A stretch of 64,000 nucleotides of DNA, counting the filler, from Dugesia japonica (lineage: Eukaryota), in NCBI GenBank assembly GCA_001938525.1. It is 6 parts of 6 records of this genome, joined end to end, with 100 filler letters (N's around TTAATTAATTAA, not from the genome) between each part and the next. Parts side by side here need not be neighbours in the genome. Positions count along the whole stretch, not along the records: positions 17,500 to 28,847 come from MQRL01553885.1; positions 28,948 to 43,299 come from MQRL01647577.1; 4 more parts are not named here. One strand, given 5' to 3'. The translations under genes were made by a program, and so were the position numbers. Below are positions 26,696 to 40,282 of this stretch, in pieces. Numbering within the stretch: the stretch's first letter is position 1; every line of letters starts with the position of its first letter. The notes beneath the pieces were generated by a model, which was not told where the DNA came from, did no database searches, and saw nothing but the letters and a program-made list of their open reading frames with translations.

Positions 26696-28215
26696 GTGTA
26701 TACGAATCTAAACCAGTTAGCAATAGTATACCTACAACAAGAGCGTCAAGTAGAATTCGTCAATACTCGGAATCAAGAAAAGGACAACGAGGAGAATTCA
26801 AAATTTTCAGATGATGACAAGAGTATAAGTAGACAGAAATGTAAACTGTGTTCGGAATGGAAAACAGAGTTTAATAGAGATTATTTTAACGTACAACCTG
26901 AGAAATTAAATGATTTTATTGCAGCCTATGGGATACATATACAAGCGTGTCAATGGAGTGACAAGAGAGCAGCGGATCGATTACCTCTATATTTGAAGGA
27001 TTCAGCTAAAATTATTTACTGGGATAAAATTAATAGTCGTAAAGATCCCGTTGATACATGGGAAAAGGCTAAAGAAGTGTTGTTGAAAAATTTCAAGCCA
27101 ATAATGTTGCAAGGACAAGAAATTCAAGAGTTCGTTGGTCGAAGACAACTAAAAGATGAAACCTTTCAGGCATACTCAACAGAATTACGTAAACTCAGCA
27201 AATTGGCGACGAAAGACAAGTTTGATGATCCAAAAGTGCTCGGTAATTTTATTAAAGGACTTAGAAATGCAGAGGTGAAAAAATGGGTAAATCTATCTCA
27301 GCCCACGACGGTGAACATGGCAATAAACGCGGTGATGGTAGCCCATAAAGTGGAAATGAATCAAAAGCAAGCCAGTGTTTTTAAAATTGAAGAGCAAAAA
27401 GAGGAAGAGAAAAGCGAACCGAAAATCGCGGATATTATACCTGCCAGGACTCAATCATTATTTAGAGGACTGTCACTAGGTCAGAATAGGCCCCCACCAC
27501 GACAATCAAATAATAATTCGAGATCAAATGGAGGAAATAGACAAGGAGCGTGGCAGCAATCCCAGGGAAGTACCTTTTATAACTTTGGTAAACTCGGTCA
27601 TTATGCCAGAGATTGCAGATCGGCAATGATATGTAAAAATTGTCAGAAACCAGGACATAAAGCTGAAAATTGCTTTTTCACAAAATCACCAGTGTGTTAT
27701 ACATGCAATAAACCGGGTCATACGAGTAGGAATTGTTTCCAGAATAATCAAAGATCAGGCTATGGGAATTCCAATACAAACTATAATAATAAATTGAGAA
27801 ACAACCAGGCCATCGGGAAAATGATGGACGAAAATGATAAATTAAGGAACCAGATAAAGAATAATTGAAACCAAAATCAACAACAACGGAATCTTATGCA
27901 ACAAGATAGGCAAAGGCAAGATGAAACCGAGTAGCGAGTGTTTGACAAGTTGAAACAAGAGCAAAAATATTTACAATTACAATTGGAGGAACAACAAGTG
28001 GCAAGAGAAAGAATGCAAAAGCGAGAAAATAATCGAGGACAGATAAATATGATGAGAGCACATCCAATGGACGTTGAGCTATGGGCAAAGGTAACAGCAA
28101 AATGAACAATGATAACGAAACAGCTTGAGGATAAAATTACAATGATCCAAACCTTCAAGGCAGTAGTCTACCGAGAAGCATATTGGGCAATGATGAACCA
28201 TGTGTTAAAGTTAAT
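26696..28215 (+). pseudogene. Gypsy-like gag: capsid domain, three CCHC knuckles, then a coiled-coil
   Basis: LPLYLKDSAKIIYW...W..AKE.LL..F, RRQLKDETFQAYSTELRKL, FIKGL; knuckles FYNFGKLGHYARDC (decayed), CKNCQKPGHKAENC, CYTCNKPGHTSRNC. The frame continues through stops as a Q/E-rich helix. Confidence 0.85.
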
Positions 28216-28264
28216 GGAGTCAGGTGAATTAGATGCGTACACATACATATGTATATGAAACCAC

Positions 28265-28847
28265 CAGTGAAATGTGATTATCTTGTACCATGAGTCCTAA
28301 CAATTTTTCCAGCTTTATATCTTTAATTTCTAAACAGAAACTATCTGTGTCACCAGCGACTATACTAATCTTACATTTTACTAATCTTACAACCTTAAAT
28401 TTAACATTTTCTTTACATTTTCTTTACATTTTCTACTGTTTTACCATAAAGACTATTATTCAACAGCTTATAGTAGTTTTTATCTAAATCCGATTTACTC
28501 TNNNATCTTAATTTTGTGTTCTCATCAATGTAATTCTTAAAGATGTAGTCCTGATTGAATTTCACAGCCCTATGTATCTTTGTAGTAGCCTCCAGTGTAC
28601 CAAATAGTTCTGTTTTGGATAATGTGTCAGCAATAACTTCTTCACCTTTGATCCTGGAGGACTTTGTTGTTCAGCTACCACAGGTAAATCACTCAAATAA
28701 TCATGTAATTCATTTGGAATTACTATATCCACTTCCATATTATAACCATAAAATAGCGAATCCGAATCCAATTTTCTGCATTCTTCTAATATTGCATCCA
28801 ATCCAAAATGTATCCACTCAAAGTTTTTATAGGGCAATTTTTGACTT
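28265..28847 (-). pseudogene. Second protein-primed PolB remnant (Polinton type)
   Basis: SQKLPYKNFEW...GYNMEVDIVIPNELHDYLSDLP...KLLLT...KNYYKLLNNSLYGKTVENVRK...GDTDS (28354-28340). Confidence 0.9.
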
Positions 28848-29340
28848 NNNNNNNNNNNNNNNNNNNNNNNNNNNNNNNNNNNNNNNNNNNNTTAATTAAT
28901 TAANNNNNNNNNNNNNNNNNNNNNNNNNNNNNNNNNNNNNNNNNNNNTATATATATATTTATATAGACAGATAGATAGATAGATATACGATATATTTAAA
29001 CGTATTCAAATTATTAAAAATTCTTTTATCTTTGACACAAATTTTAAAATAATTTACTGAAGATTTAATAACAATTTTATTTTTTTAATACCATCATATA
29101 AATTTATATAGAAAAACGTTAATAATAAAATTGTTTAAAATACATTTTTCTCTTGCTTATTTCTATACAAATATATAGATATACAATTTTTCTAATGTAG
29201 CTCCTAATAATATATTATATCTCTGTTTACTAAACGTCTGGCCACTCCTGATCTATATGACTGATAAAACATTATCGGGTGATTTAAATAAAATTTACAT
29301 CTATTATTGAAAAATAAAATAAATATTTAGATTATATTAT

Positions 29341-29432
29341 TTATAATTACAATTATTGTGAGAATAATTGTTGGACTTAACCATTGATCGTTTTTGAGCT
29401 TTCGTTAAAATAAAGAAAAAGCTTTGATCAAT
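29341..29432 (-). mobile_element. 3' half of the non-coding HHR element
   Basis: Hairpin at 29350-29370 and CGATCAATGGTTAAGTCCAA on the minus strand. Further tail-only copies at ~32958-33010 and ~37538-37605. Confidence 0.75.
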
Positions 29433-30768
29433 TCGAAGTCGGTGAATTCCAATATAGAAAAAACTTCAAATTAAATTTGGTCCGGATTATAGTGCCGTAC
29501 CCTATTATCATATATATTTAATTTTTTACTTGTCATTCAGTAATCTGTTATTTATCAACTAAATGTTTTTTTCAAATGTAAAATAAAACAAAAAACCGAT
29601 TTCGATTTTTGCATTTAGAAGGTTTTCTTGATAAATATGTTTTGCATTAGTTACATTTTTATTCGACTGATTAGTTTTGAAGAGATATTTTAGCGTTTGA
29701 AATTTTTAATTCATTTTATTACTTTTGATTTTTAAAATAAAAAGTTAAATATTGAAATTTTTTTGAAAATCTTAAAGTTTGTTTAAATTTTTCTGTATTT
29801 AATTTTAAAATTATTATGGGTATTTATTAATATTTAAATAAAATAATTTGTTGAAATCTATATTTTAAAATTAATTTATATAAAAGAATAAGTGATTTAA
29901 ATAATTATTAATAGATACTAAAAAAGCCAAAGTGCAATTTGAAAGTTATGAAGTTAAGACAACAATCTTTAAGATACTGAAAAAATTCATTTGTTTTAAT
30001 GAATCAAGTTTTAATAAGGAGTTCTTTTTAATATTTCCTGTTGTAACTATACTGTTAATTTCATCGACGAAGCTTATATTTTAAAAAAATTGTCGACGTT
30101 TTTCTAACATTCATAATTAAAACATTTCCCTTGAACTCATATTTTTTATCTATTATTTCATTTATAAATAAATTTTTTCACTGAAAATTTTATTGGATAT
30201 GATAAGATATAAGTCTGGTTCTTATCATGACATCTAATTTTCAAAGGAAACCAGAATTATTGAAAAAAAATAATTTTAAATGAATAAAAAAAATTTTATA
30301 TTTTAAATATATTAACCACAATATATTCACAAAAATGTAAAAAATCATAGGTCCTTCGGAAAATTATGGTGGATTTCAAAACTAAAATTAAAAAAAATAA
30401 GCACCATTGGAATCTATGCATTTTTGCCAACGTGATAAAAGTTTATTGAGTCCTGTTAATGTACTTAACTTGTTTTTCCTGTAAGGTTTAATTTTATTTA
30501 CTTTCATTTATTTCTAATATTATATTTATTAGATTATTTATTATTATTTATTAAGTAATATATTTATTGTCAAAGAGATTTATTGGCTTTAATCAATTAT
30601 CAAAACGTAACCAAGTGTTTTAAAATTTTTTACTGGTGTCTGTAGCATTGCTGAAGTATCTATGGACTGACGACCACACCTTTGCTGTGATAAGTTTGAG
30701 TCGCCACCACAGCTCCGCAGTAGTAAGTTTCACTGGTAATCACAGTTTGACTGTTTTTATTCTGATTG

Positions 30769-31275
30769 GTGAACCATTCAAAACTCTGTAAACCCAAATT
30801 TTATTTTCATATATCAAATTAGGTATAATTCAAATTGTAATGAGATGATGGAGTTTTAAATAATGATTACATGACCCTATGGTGAACCATTCAAGAGCCT
30901 TTAAAATTTAATCAGGACAAATTAGGTATCATCTAAACAGTAATGTGATAATGAACAGTTTTTGTACATGATAGCATGCCCTTCTAGTAAAACATATCGA
31001 TTTTAAACCATAGAAACCGTATAAACCATTTAAATTTAATTGTAAATAAGTCATATTAGGTATTATTCTAACCGTAATGAGTTGGTGGACGTTTCTAACA
31101 TATTTTCACAACCATGTGATGTCCCATTCAAAACCATCGAAATTTTATAGAATAAATTAAGTATCGATCAAAACTGTATAGAAACAAATAGTAATTGTAT
31201 CATGATTATAAAACTTTCTGGTGAACAATTACCATTCAAAACCCTGTATACCATATCAAAATAGGTATCTTTCAA
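30769..31275. repeat. Degenerate tandem repeat, about five units of ~105-130 bp
   Basis: GGTGAACCATTCAA...ATTAGGTAT...GTAATG recurs near 30769, 30881, 30985, 31118 and 31220. Confidence 0.7.
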
Positions 31276-31884
31276 ACATATCTAGAATGTTTACAATATC
31301 GCATAACTTAAATACAATCATTATTAAAAGAAAATCAGTGCAATTTCAAGTTTGCATTGTTTAATTATGTATCTGAGCTACTACCCGATTGAATTTAATC
31401 ATAAAACATTGAAATTTTATAAACCAAATCACACAATGTTTTCGACAACTATTTTAGCTTACAATTCATGCCATTCCATTACCATCTCCGAATGTACAAT
31501 CTGACGGAATTTATTCATCAAGGACTGTAAACGTCCAACAGAAACTTTCAACTTGGAACTTATCGATTAGCCTACATAGATTTAACTATAATAGGCTTAA
31601 GTATAGTATATGCATCTCTAGCAATCTGAGCTTCTGAATTTTCGCATTCAGTCTCAAAAAGTACGCCGCCGCGACAATCTTAAACTCAACCTTTATGATA
31701 AAATGATGGAGAGCTAATCATGTACAACGTAATAATCAAAACTATTACTCCGCAAATTTTCATTTTACTACTTGACACATATTTGCAAAACAGCCAGGAT
31801 TCTTAGCTCAACAGTTATCCAATTCAATGTAAAATATTATAAGCATAAATTATTATCATAAGAAGATAGTGCATTAATATTATT

Positions 31885-31967
31885 GTTATTATTATNNNNN
31901 NNNNNNNNNNNNNNNNNNNNNNNNNNNNNNNNNNNNNNNNNNNNNNNNNNNNNNNNNNNNNNNNNNN

Positions 31968-32032
<65 letters not shown>
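31885..32032. repeat. (ATT)n microsatellite (also 53352-53418)
   Basis: Direct reading; explains the poly-I and poly-L ORFs. Confidence 0.95.
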
Positions 32033-32033
<1 letters not shown>

Positions 32034-32721
32034 CAAATTCATTATTTAAAGTTTCAAGAAAAGCAAATTATTATTACAAAATTCTGAAGTTTTTACGTAT
32101 TGTTTAGTTTAGTTATTAGTTTTAACACAAAATCATTTTAATTATGACTTTATTTGGACTATTACTAAAATATTTTAAATTATATGTATTATTATTTGTC
32201 TGTTACACCACTAAATGAATAAAATTATTAGTTTCATAAGTATACTTATTACAAAATTATTACAAGTAATTAAAAAATAATAATCAAAATTAACTATCAA
32301 ATTAATTTCCAACAAAATTTATTTAAATGCAAAAAACGTTTCTACTTAGTTTGTGTACCCCATAGGTTCTTTAAAATCGTTACGAACAGTTTAACTAGAA
32401 TCCTTGATGAGTGCATGTTCAAATAATTACAATAGAATGGTTACCTTTGAATAGTTATATTAGAATTATTTCTTTTAAATCAACTTCTTGTGAATAAGTT
32501 CTTTTGAACGGTTATATTTGAATTTTTTCGTTGTGAAAGGAGCTGTTTATCGATAATTATATTGAAATCATTCAAATATGTTATTTTTCTAAAATTTCAA
32601 CGACGTTTTGTTATGTCTTGATTTGTTGCTAAGATCAGTTTTTTAATTTTATATTTTTTATTTTGCAATAAATATTTTGTAATTAATTCAAATAATAATC
32701 TATAATATTAAAGATTTTATA

Positions 32722-32860
32722 TACAGTAAAACCCCTCTATACCGCCCCCATATATATCGCCGACTACCCTACCGCCAAAATATATTTTTAATTTTGGATA
32801 ACATACTTTATTTTGTATGTATTTTTATTTTATATACCGCCAAAGCTATGTTATACCGCC
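32722..32860 (+). mobile_element. Tigger/pogo-like left end
   Basis: TA|CAGTAAAACCCCTCTATACCGCC followed by repeated TATACCGCC. Confidence 0.55.
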
Positions 32861-33729
32861 ATCATTTATTTTTACATAACATACAAAAATAAATTTAATA
32901 CCAATCACTATATTACTCCGTAAAAATTTTTAATTAAATTATAATTTTTAATTAAATCTCAAATGCGATCAATGGTTAAGTCCAACAATTATTCTCACAA
33001 TAATTGTAATTATTAAATTATAATTGATTTACTGATCGCAGATAACTGAAAATTGATATTTTAATTTTTTCAAAGAAAATAACCCAAAATGAACAAGAAT
33101 GGATCAGATGATAATTTAGAAAATTTAAAACGTGTATATTTGATGGTAAAACGAAAAAGAGATTATACGTTATGCTGAATAACATTATTGTATACATAGT
33201 GGAATTTTCTGTGATGTTTAAAATGCGCATCATTCGAAGACAGGTTTGTGATAAATTTCTGTTAAATTGTAAACGAGATTAAATTCGTGAATAATGAAAG
33301 CACGAAAAGCAATTCTGTCCATGTTGACTACTTTGTCCACTGATAACTAGAAAGTAATTTAATTTCCATAATGAAACTTTGCAATTTATAGAAAACATTG
33401 TTGTTAATTAAATTAACATAAAAAATCGATTGAAAAACGATATTCTTTATAGTTATTCCTGAAATTCTGCACTATTAAAAAATTAGCCCATTTCTTTTCA
33501 AATGACCTAACAAAATGTTTTCAAAAATCATCAATTGTAAATTTTTAATTGTACAACCGTATCATGTTTTTAACTTTGGTTTATTATTTTGATGTTAATT
33601 CTCGTGAAAATTCTACGAAAGCTTTTTCAAAAAGAAAACAATTTTAAATTCTAAATCTAATTGAAATTAAATTTTTTAGATTGACAGGTAATTTTAATCA
33701 AAGAATAAATAAAGTTAATAAAGAATTGA

Positions 33730-33862
33730 GTAACAAAGATTTATTGTTTTGAATTAATCAAGAAATCGTCATGTTCCTGAAAAAGACTATTGTCGAAAAT
33801 TTGAACCTTTTTACAAATACATTTTATTTTGATCTTTATTTTGTTCTTTATTTCAATGAAAT
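33730..33862 (+). mobile_element. Copy of the non-coding HHR element
   Basis: GTTC-CTGAAaA-A-GAC(TATT)GTC-GAAA-AT-TT|GAAC at 33774-33806. Upstream GTAACAAAGAT...TCAAGAA is shared with ~59270-59310. Confidence 0.75.
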
Positions 33863-35949
33863 AAAATTTTATTATTGTTTGATGAAAACCAAAGGATTTT
33901 ACAAATATATTTTTCATATGAATGAAGTAGCGATTTGAATGTATTTTGTTAAAAATTAATTAACTAACTAATTTTAAAAAATAAGGTAAAATACATATGG
34001 AAATTGATGAAAATGTATGTAAAAATATGTAATACTTTGAAAATAAAATATGAGTATAAAATAAAATTAAACTGTTAAAAGTTTAATTAGTTTTATCTAC
34101 ATCTATAATTAAAATGTGTGTAACTATGTGTGTGCTTGGTATGTATTATTTGTTCTAACCTTTTTCTATAATATGATCACTTATTAAACTTTAAGTAAGT
34201 TTTTTATGCAAATAAATCTATTTTACTTATATTATAAGCCGCCAATAAGAATACAATACATTACTATAAGGTTAGTATTTTATTGCAATTTGTCAGTTAT
34301 TAAACTTTTAACCAAATTGAAAATAAAAGAATTTAGTTGAAGCAAATAAATGGATTTAATAATTGGAAACATAAATTAAAAAGAAAAAAATTTATAAAAC
34401 TCCTTAAAAATTTGAAAGTGCTTTAAAAAACTCTGGTTGTACATTCATTGGAAAAATGGAAACTAAAATTAGAATTAAATGGAGATGGAAATTTTAAAAG
34501 ATGATGGAAATTTTGGTTTTAATTTCGTTTAAATTATCAAAATAATAACAATTGAGATTTCATTAAATCAATAGCTTCGAGCAAAACATTGATTGGTTTT
34601 TTAGAAATTTCTTTTTGGTAGTTATCCGAATTTCTTACTATTTTCTTCTTTAGAAATTTAGCTTTTTAAGTGATTCAACTCAAAATTTACAAATTTCTTT
34701 CATGTTGTTGAAATTTTATTGGATAATTTATTTTAATATATTTAAGTTTATTTAATTATTATAAATTATACTGATTTTAGGTTTATCCTCTCTGATTAAT
34801 GTTTCTTCCTGTGAAGTGTGGAAATGGAGTCTGTTCCTAATGTTTTCCATGTTATGTGATTGTTGGGACTGAATCACCTAAAATAATCATTGAAAAAGTA
34901 AAAGGGATAAAATCACATGATAATTAGGTTATAATATTCAACAAACCCGAAATAAGAATAAAGAATAAATTGCAAAGAAAATATAAACGAATTATATTAA
35001 ATGAAAATCGATAAGAAATTAAAGATGTTGCAATAAATCAATTTCAATTGTGATCAATACCGATGAATTACGAACAATAAAAACGATAATCAAATTATTA
35101 AACGAATTAATAATTAAATCAATAGATTTTGGCAAAATAAAAACATAATTTGCATTAAATCTAAATAAAATATCAACAATAAGATTCATTTTTTTTACTT
35201 ATTCCAACCAATCAAAACTTCAAATTATTCCAAAAAGGGTATAAATACCCAGGTAAAACTCAAAAAAATTTAAGTGAAAAAACTAAGATCAATCCGAATT
35301 CCATTTATTCAAAAGTCCGGACCCAATCCAAGTGGAAAATGAGAATCTTCGGAACTCATGAGGAAATTTAAATCGATATTACCATCCAGATACCAGCAAC
35401 CCGCCAAATTATTTATTCAAAGTCCGGGTAAAAAAGGTTCCAAGAAACTTATTCAAGTATTTCTCGAAATTCAGCATATCAATCCTCGAGTGAATAATAT
35501 GCGAATAAATAAGTATACGAAACTAATTCTCTTAAAAATCTCGTTGAAAACTTGCGATAATTTTTTTTTCATTTGAGAACCGAATTAATAACAATAATGG
35601 ATGTGATTCAATTTTATCAACCAATAAAAATGTCTATGATCATGAAGTTTATTTTGATTTATTCAGAGTGTGAGTATTGGAGATCAATTCAGAGCTTCTA
35701 TCGCTCTGATAATAAAAATTAACTTAAAGTAAATCGGTGCGCACATGCACTTCTGTAAGGAGTCGTCCACGTTGTCGAGAAATACAGTCCAAGGAAAATC
35801 AGGTAAATCATGGATAGGTGTGGATAATTACTCAAAGTCAACAACAACTTTTAAAAAAATAATCAAAAAATCATAAATTGCTTTGGAACCACAAATGTTT
35901 TGTCCTGCTTTCTGTAATTGAATGGCTGATGGCATTTTCGTTTTGACTT

Positions 35950-37166
35950 AAGTGCGTAAGATATTTGAGAACATATATTTGATGTTACTTTTGTACATTA
36001 TTTTTTAATGCATTACTTATAAAATTGTTTATAATTTATAAAATCAACAAAAAATAATTTTATTGAAATAATATTAACAGGTTAATGGCAGACATTCAAA
36101 TTTATAAAGAAATAAATGGGCATGCTGTAATTGTGGCTTTACAAGCTGATCCTAGTGATTTAGAAATTGCGGGACATTTTCTTCAGATCTTATATTTATA
36201 ATATTCATGAAGTGTTGGAAAAAAATGAAAAAAAAAATAAATAAATAAATAAAAATCATACAAAACACTCTGACATCGTCAGAAAAGCTGATTTAATCCA
36301 AGAAGTTAAATTGGTGACAATCCAAGAATATCCACGAAATCACTTGCTTAAAATATCAAGATCTCGGAAGGAACAATCAGAAATACTGTCCATGAAAACA
36401 TTGGATATAAGTTTTATGTGTTGAGAAAAGAACAATTTCTAAAAAAAAGAAAATCGGTTAATCAGATCTCAAAGGTTCTTAAACAAAATTTAAAAACTAG
36501 CAGAAAAAGATGCAATTTGGTTTTTCTCGGATGACAAAAGCTTTAACAGGATAAATGGTCGTTTTTTATGTAGAGACTCTAGTGAAGTTCCGAGAGTAAT
36601 GCACAATAAATGTCCTGCAACTGTCATAGTTTTAAGGGTAGTCAGCAATGAAGGGCATGTGAACTTTGCTGTCTATATTGAGGTCCTGCAAAATGTTGTT
36701 AAACCGTGGATAGACTCAGTGCGAAATGGAAGATATCATATTTTTCAACAAGTCTCTACACCATCACACAAAGCTAAATCAACACAGAAATGGATTGCTG
36801 AAAGTGTTTCTGACCACATCACTCCTAAATACCCAGAAATTAATCCAATCGATTATTACATATGGAGCGCTATTGAGAAAGAGGTTTATGAGCATTCTTT
36901 TAACACTTTAGATGCTTTGAAGCCCACCATAGTGAACGTGGAGTCGAATATGAATCAGGCCCATTTAATTAAAGCTTGTAAAAGATTTCGATTTCGTGTA
37001 GAAGCAGTTATTACAGCTTATGGTGACTTATTTGAATAAAACAATTAAGCAGTTAATAAATTTTCATCCTTGTAGAATTTTTCATTAATTAAATTATCAT
37101 GTGTCCTTATATATCAGTTTTCCTATAAACATCATACATGTTCTCAAATACCTTACTCAACCTGTA
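35950..37166 (+). mobile_element. Tc1/mariner element, maT (DD37D)-like, decayed transposase
   Basis: TIR-like GTAAGATATTTGAGAACAT (35956) and ATGTTCTCAAATACCTTACTCAACCTG|TA (37138-37166). WFFSDDK, YIEVLQNVVKPWI, IFQQ.STPSHKAKSTQKW, INPIDYYIWS. Confidence 0.85.
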
Positions 37167-37250
37167 TTTTGCATGATTTAGCTACATTTCTCATTTAATA
37201 AAAGGTCATTTAATTATTGTGTTTGTTTTAGTATTTGGATATAATTTTAA

Positions 37251-37400
37251 AAAGTCAATTCCGAACAAAAACTAAGTCAAAAATTCCAAATATTATCAAA
37301 AACAAAAAAATATTTGATAGAAGCTTTTATTTAAATGAAATCTGAAAAACGATGAATGGTTATGTCCAACAATTATTCTCGCAATAATTGTAACTGTAAA
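37251..37400 (+). mobile_element. Copy of the non-coding HHR element (degenerate core, intact hairpin 37370-37390)
   Basis: Colinear with 5140-5294. Confidence 0.8.
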
Positions 37401-40092
37401 ATATAATTTTATATATATATATAATTGGAATGATCCAGGTTAAAAGAATTAGAGATGAGAGATTATTCTCAAATGAAGAAATGAAATTCCTAAATAACGG
37501 CTATCCAAATAAAGTCATATTTAATGAAAATTAATCAAATGAATTCTCAAATGCGATCAATGTTTAAGCACAACAATTATTCTCATAATAATTATAATTG
37601 TAAAATAATAATGGAATTTATGAAAAATCAAAATATTTTGTAAGTCTGGCTTCAGTAAAAATAATTTTTCTCCTAAACCATCTTCGTTGTCAAGTATTCT
37701 TTATGGTAATTTGTTTAGAAAAACCTTGAAAATAAAATACTTGAAAATCACAATCGGAAAAATTAATATTACCTATCTATCTATCTTAACAATTATAAAC
37801 ATAAATAATAATTATTATATTAACATCAAAAAGATTATATAAATGAATGTTACTAAATATTTTTTGAAAAAATTTACAGAAAATTCAAATTAGAAAACAG
37901 AATTTCATCGACACACTATGATTTCCAACCACTGATTTTATAAATATTTTCTTAGTCACATTTGCAATTTCATTTAACAAGAAAATGACTTTTCGGTTGA
38001 CAAATGATGCTCTCATTTTGACAGATGAATCGTAATAATTGCATCACGAAATTTATAGAGAGATTGTAAAGTTAATTAATATTTATGATTTCTTTTATTT
38101 GAAATTAGCCAAAAAAGTCAATCGGGAAACTCGATACAAATATAATTGAAAATAAAGCTGCATATTTTCCATTTATGATTATCATATAATGGTTATTTCC
38201 CCAATATTTTGTAAATTTGTTCAAATTAATAAATCAAAAATACTATTATTTTTGTGATTTCTATTTCACATCAATTAAAATTCATTTCAGCGTAGTATTA
38301 GTTTGTCTGTATGCACTTTTATATTAAATTGATTTTGGGTTGCTATATATCCAGGTATGACTTTAAACACTCGCTCCAAGAGTTTTCTTTTTACTGATGT
38401 CCATGACCATAAGAAAGAACTAATTCTGATTTTATTTGATATTATGCAGATTGATCGACTTTCCAGTACTTTCCGATCAAGTGAATTCCTTGAAAAAATT
38501 AAAAAATAATCTTTATTGAAAATTGTTTCTTTGTTTGAAATAGAAAGGTTATTCACATTACAGTTCAATTGGCAGGTGATAATAGTTTCCTTCCGAAAAA
38601 TTATTTATTTATTGAAGAATTATTGTAATGGTTTCTGATTAAAAAATTTATTTTGTCCAATAAAAAGAAATCGATGGGATATGTGGGGCCCCCAAAATAT
38701 AATAAAATTACGATGGTGTGTAATAGATGAATAATATACCGTGTAAGTGTGCAATTGAATTGAAATAAAATACTAATTACACTGGTGTGCAAATGGAGCA
38801 GAAAAAATTCTAGTTTTGATAAGTAATTGGACATAGATAGATCAATTCAATCGGGTTGCCAAGGGGTTTCTAATCGCGCTCTGTGCTTGTTCCAGATTAA
38901 TATACAGTTAACGCTAGTTTTTATTAGTTTATGTAAATTATGAATTATACTGTAATCGATGAATTTTAGTAACTAATGATAACATAACTTTCATTATATG
39001 AATTATTTTTGCTTAGTAATGAATTTAACTATTGGTTATATTTATAATTAAACAATGATAAGTTAATGGCAATTTGCTAATAATATTGATTAATAGTTAA
39101 CATGGTTAATTAAAATTTTGTAGTAATGAATCATTGTAGTAATGTTTAAATTAGTTTTTCATTAATTGTAATTCATAATGATCTATAATAATGATAATAA
39201 TAACGAGGAAACAATAAAAATACATCTCCTTATTTTTTAAAGTAACCAGTAATAAATAACATCTCGGTAGTAACTTTTGATTTGTTAAAGACGACAATAA
39301 TAAACATAATATTAATAGCGATAATTATAAGAGATAGTACTGATAACAAATGAATGGTTAATGATGGGTAAAAGTGATAATAATTAATGGCCATGACGAT
39401 ACATAATGGGAATAACAATAGGGATAATAAGGCTAATAATGTTAACGTATAAGAAACATAATTGGTATGACTTGATGTCGACATTAGTACGAATCTACAA
39501 TAATAAAAATAATGATAATAATAATAAGGATAGTAAGGAAATATGAAATAAAGGCTAAATTATTCATCCATCTTGCATTCCTCTCGAAGTTTAAAATCAA
39601 CAATAATAGCTGCAACAAGATATTAATATATACATCATACAATACTAGTCACTCTGATCAAAAGGCTTACAAAATTTTATGTCGATCCTAAATGAGTATT
39701 ATTGAAGTGTGAACCAAAAGAATGCAAGCATGCACTCGAATTATGGATTACGAGTCACTGGCTTCATTCTGAAGATCTAAAACGGGACTCTAGATTTAAT
39801 TCTTCACGTGGTTTTACTAAGCCATGACACCCTAGATATAACTTAAATTTTGAACTGTTTAGATGTAACCCCAACAATATCAATTTCTAAATTCTTCCTC
39901 ACATAGACAATACTTTGTATTTCTAGCAAAACATGGGTTTGAATAATTAACTATTGGTTTAAAAGATCGAGTATTTATTAAACATGTTTAGGTTATTTTT
40001 TCATATTTTGTTAGTCTTTTAGTTTATTAAATGGATTAAATAATCCATTTCTCTATTTACTTATAATTTAATTTTTTATTATTCATTAACAC

Positions 40093-40282
40093 AAAAGCTT
40101 CGATCAAAATTTGTTTCTGATAATAATTCTAATTTTCGACTTTGTCTTCGTCAGGAATTGACATTTATCAAAAGTCAATTCCTGGCGAAGACAAAGGTGA
40201 AAATTAGAATTATTATCAAAAATAAAAAAAACAAATTTTTATCGAAGTTTTTATTTTAATGAATTCTGAAAATCGATCAATG
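40093..40282. mobile_element. Fold-back copy of the HHR element
   Basis: Arms ~40093-40162 and ~40174-40250 are inverted; the 3' tail is truncated after GATCAATG. Confidence 0.85.
40125..40159 (-). ncRNA. Ultra-minimal HHR, intact core (35 nt)
   Basis: Minus strand AATTC-CTGACGA-A-GAC(AAA)GTC-GAAA-AT-TA|GAATT with a perfect 5-bp helix I. Confidence 0.8.

Larger units (their letters stand above)
20848..28215 (+). mobile_element. 5' part of a giant Gypsy/Ty3-like LTR retrotransposon (Ogre/Burro-like layout)
   Basis: ...TTCACA|T-TGGTGGGGACCAG at 22512/22514 looks like an LTR end plus PBS, then a ~4.2 kb leader with small ORFs and tandem repeats, then gag. The LTR start is uncertain because no second LTR is present. 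Confidence 0.6.

Noticed and set aside
31824-32107. Poly-Ile and poly-Leu ORFs
   Set aside because: Translations of an (ATT)n microsatellite and a gap.
38287-38720. Possible further PLE GIY-YIG remnant on the minus strand
   Set aside because: Only weak resemblance (QLNCNV.., FKVI); the YIG motif is not readable, so unsupported without a search.
39230-39484. Hydrophobic 84-aa ORF as a membrane protein or later claudin exon
   Set aside because: Lies in degenerate AAT/GAT low-complexity sequence, which yields I/L-rich frames by chance; no convincing splice sites.
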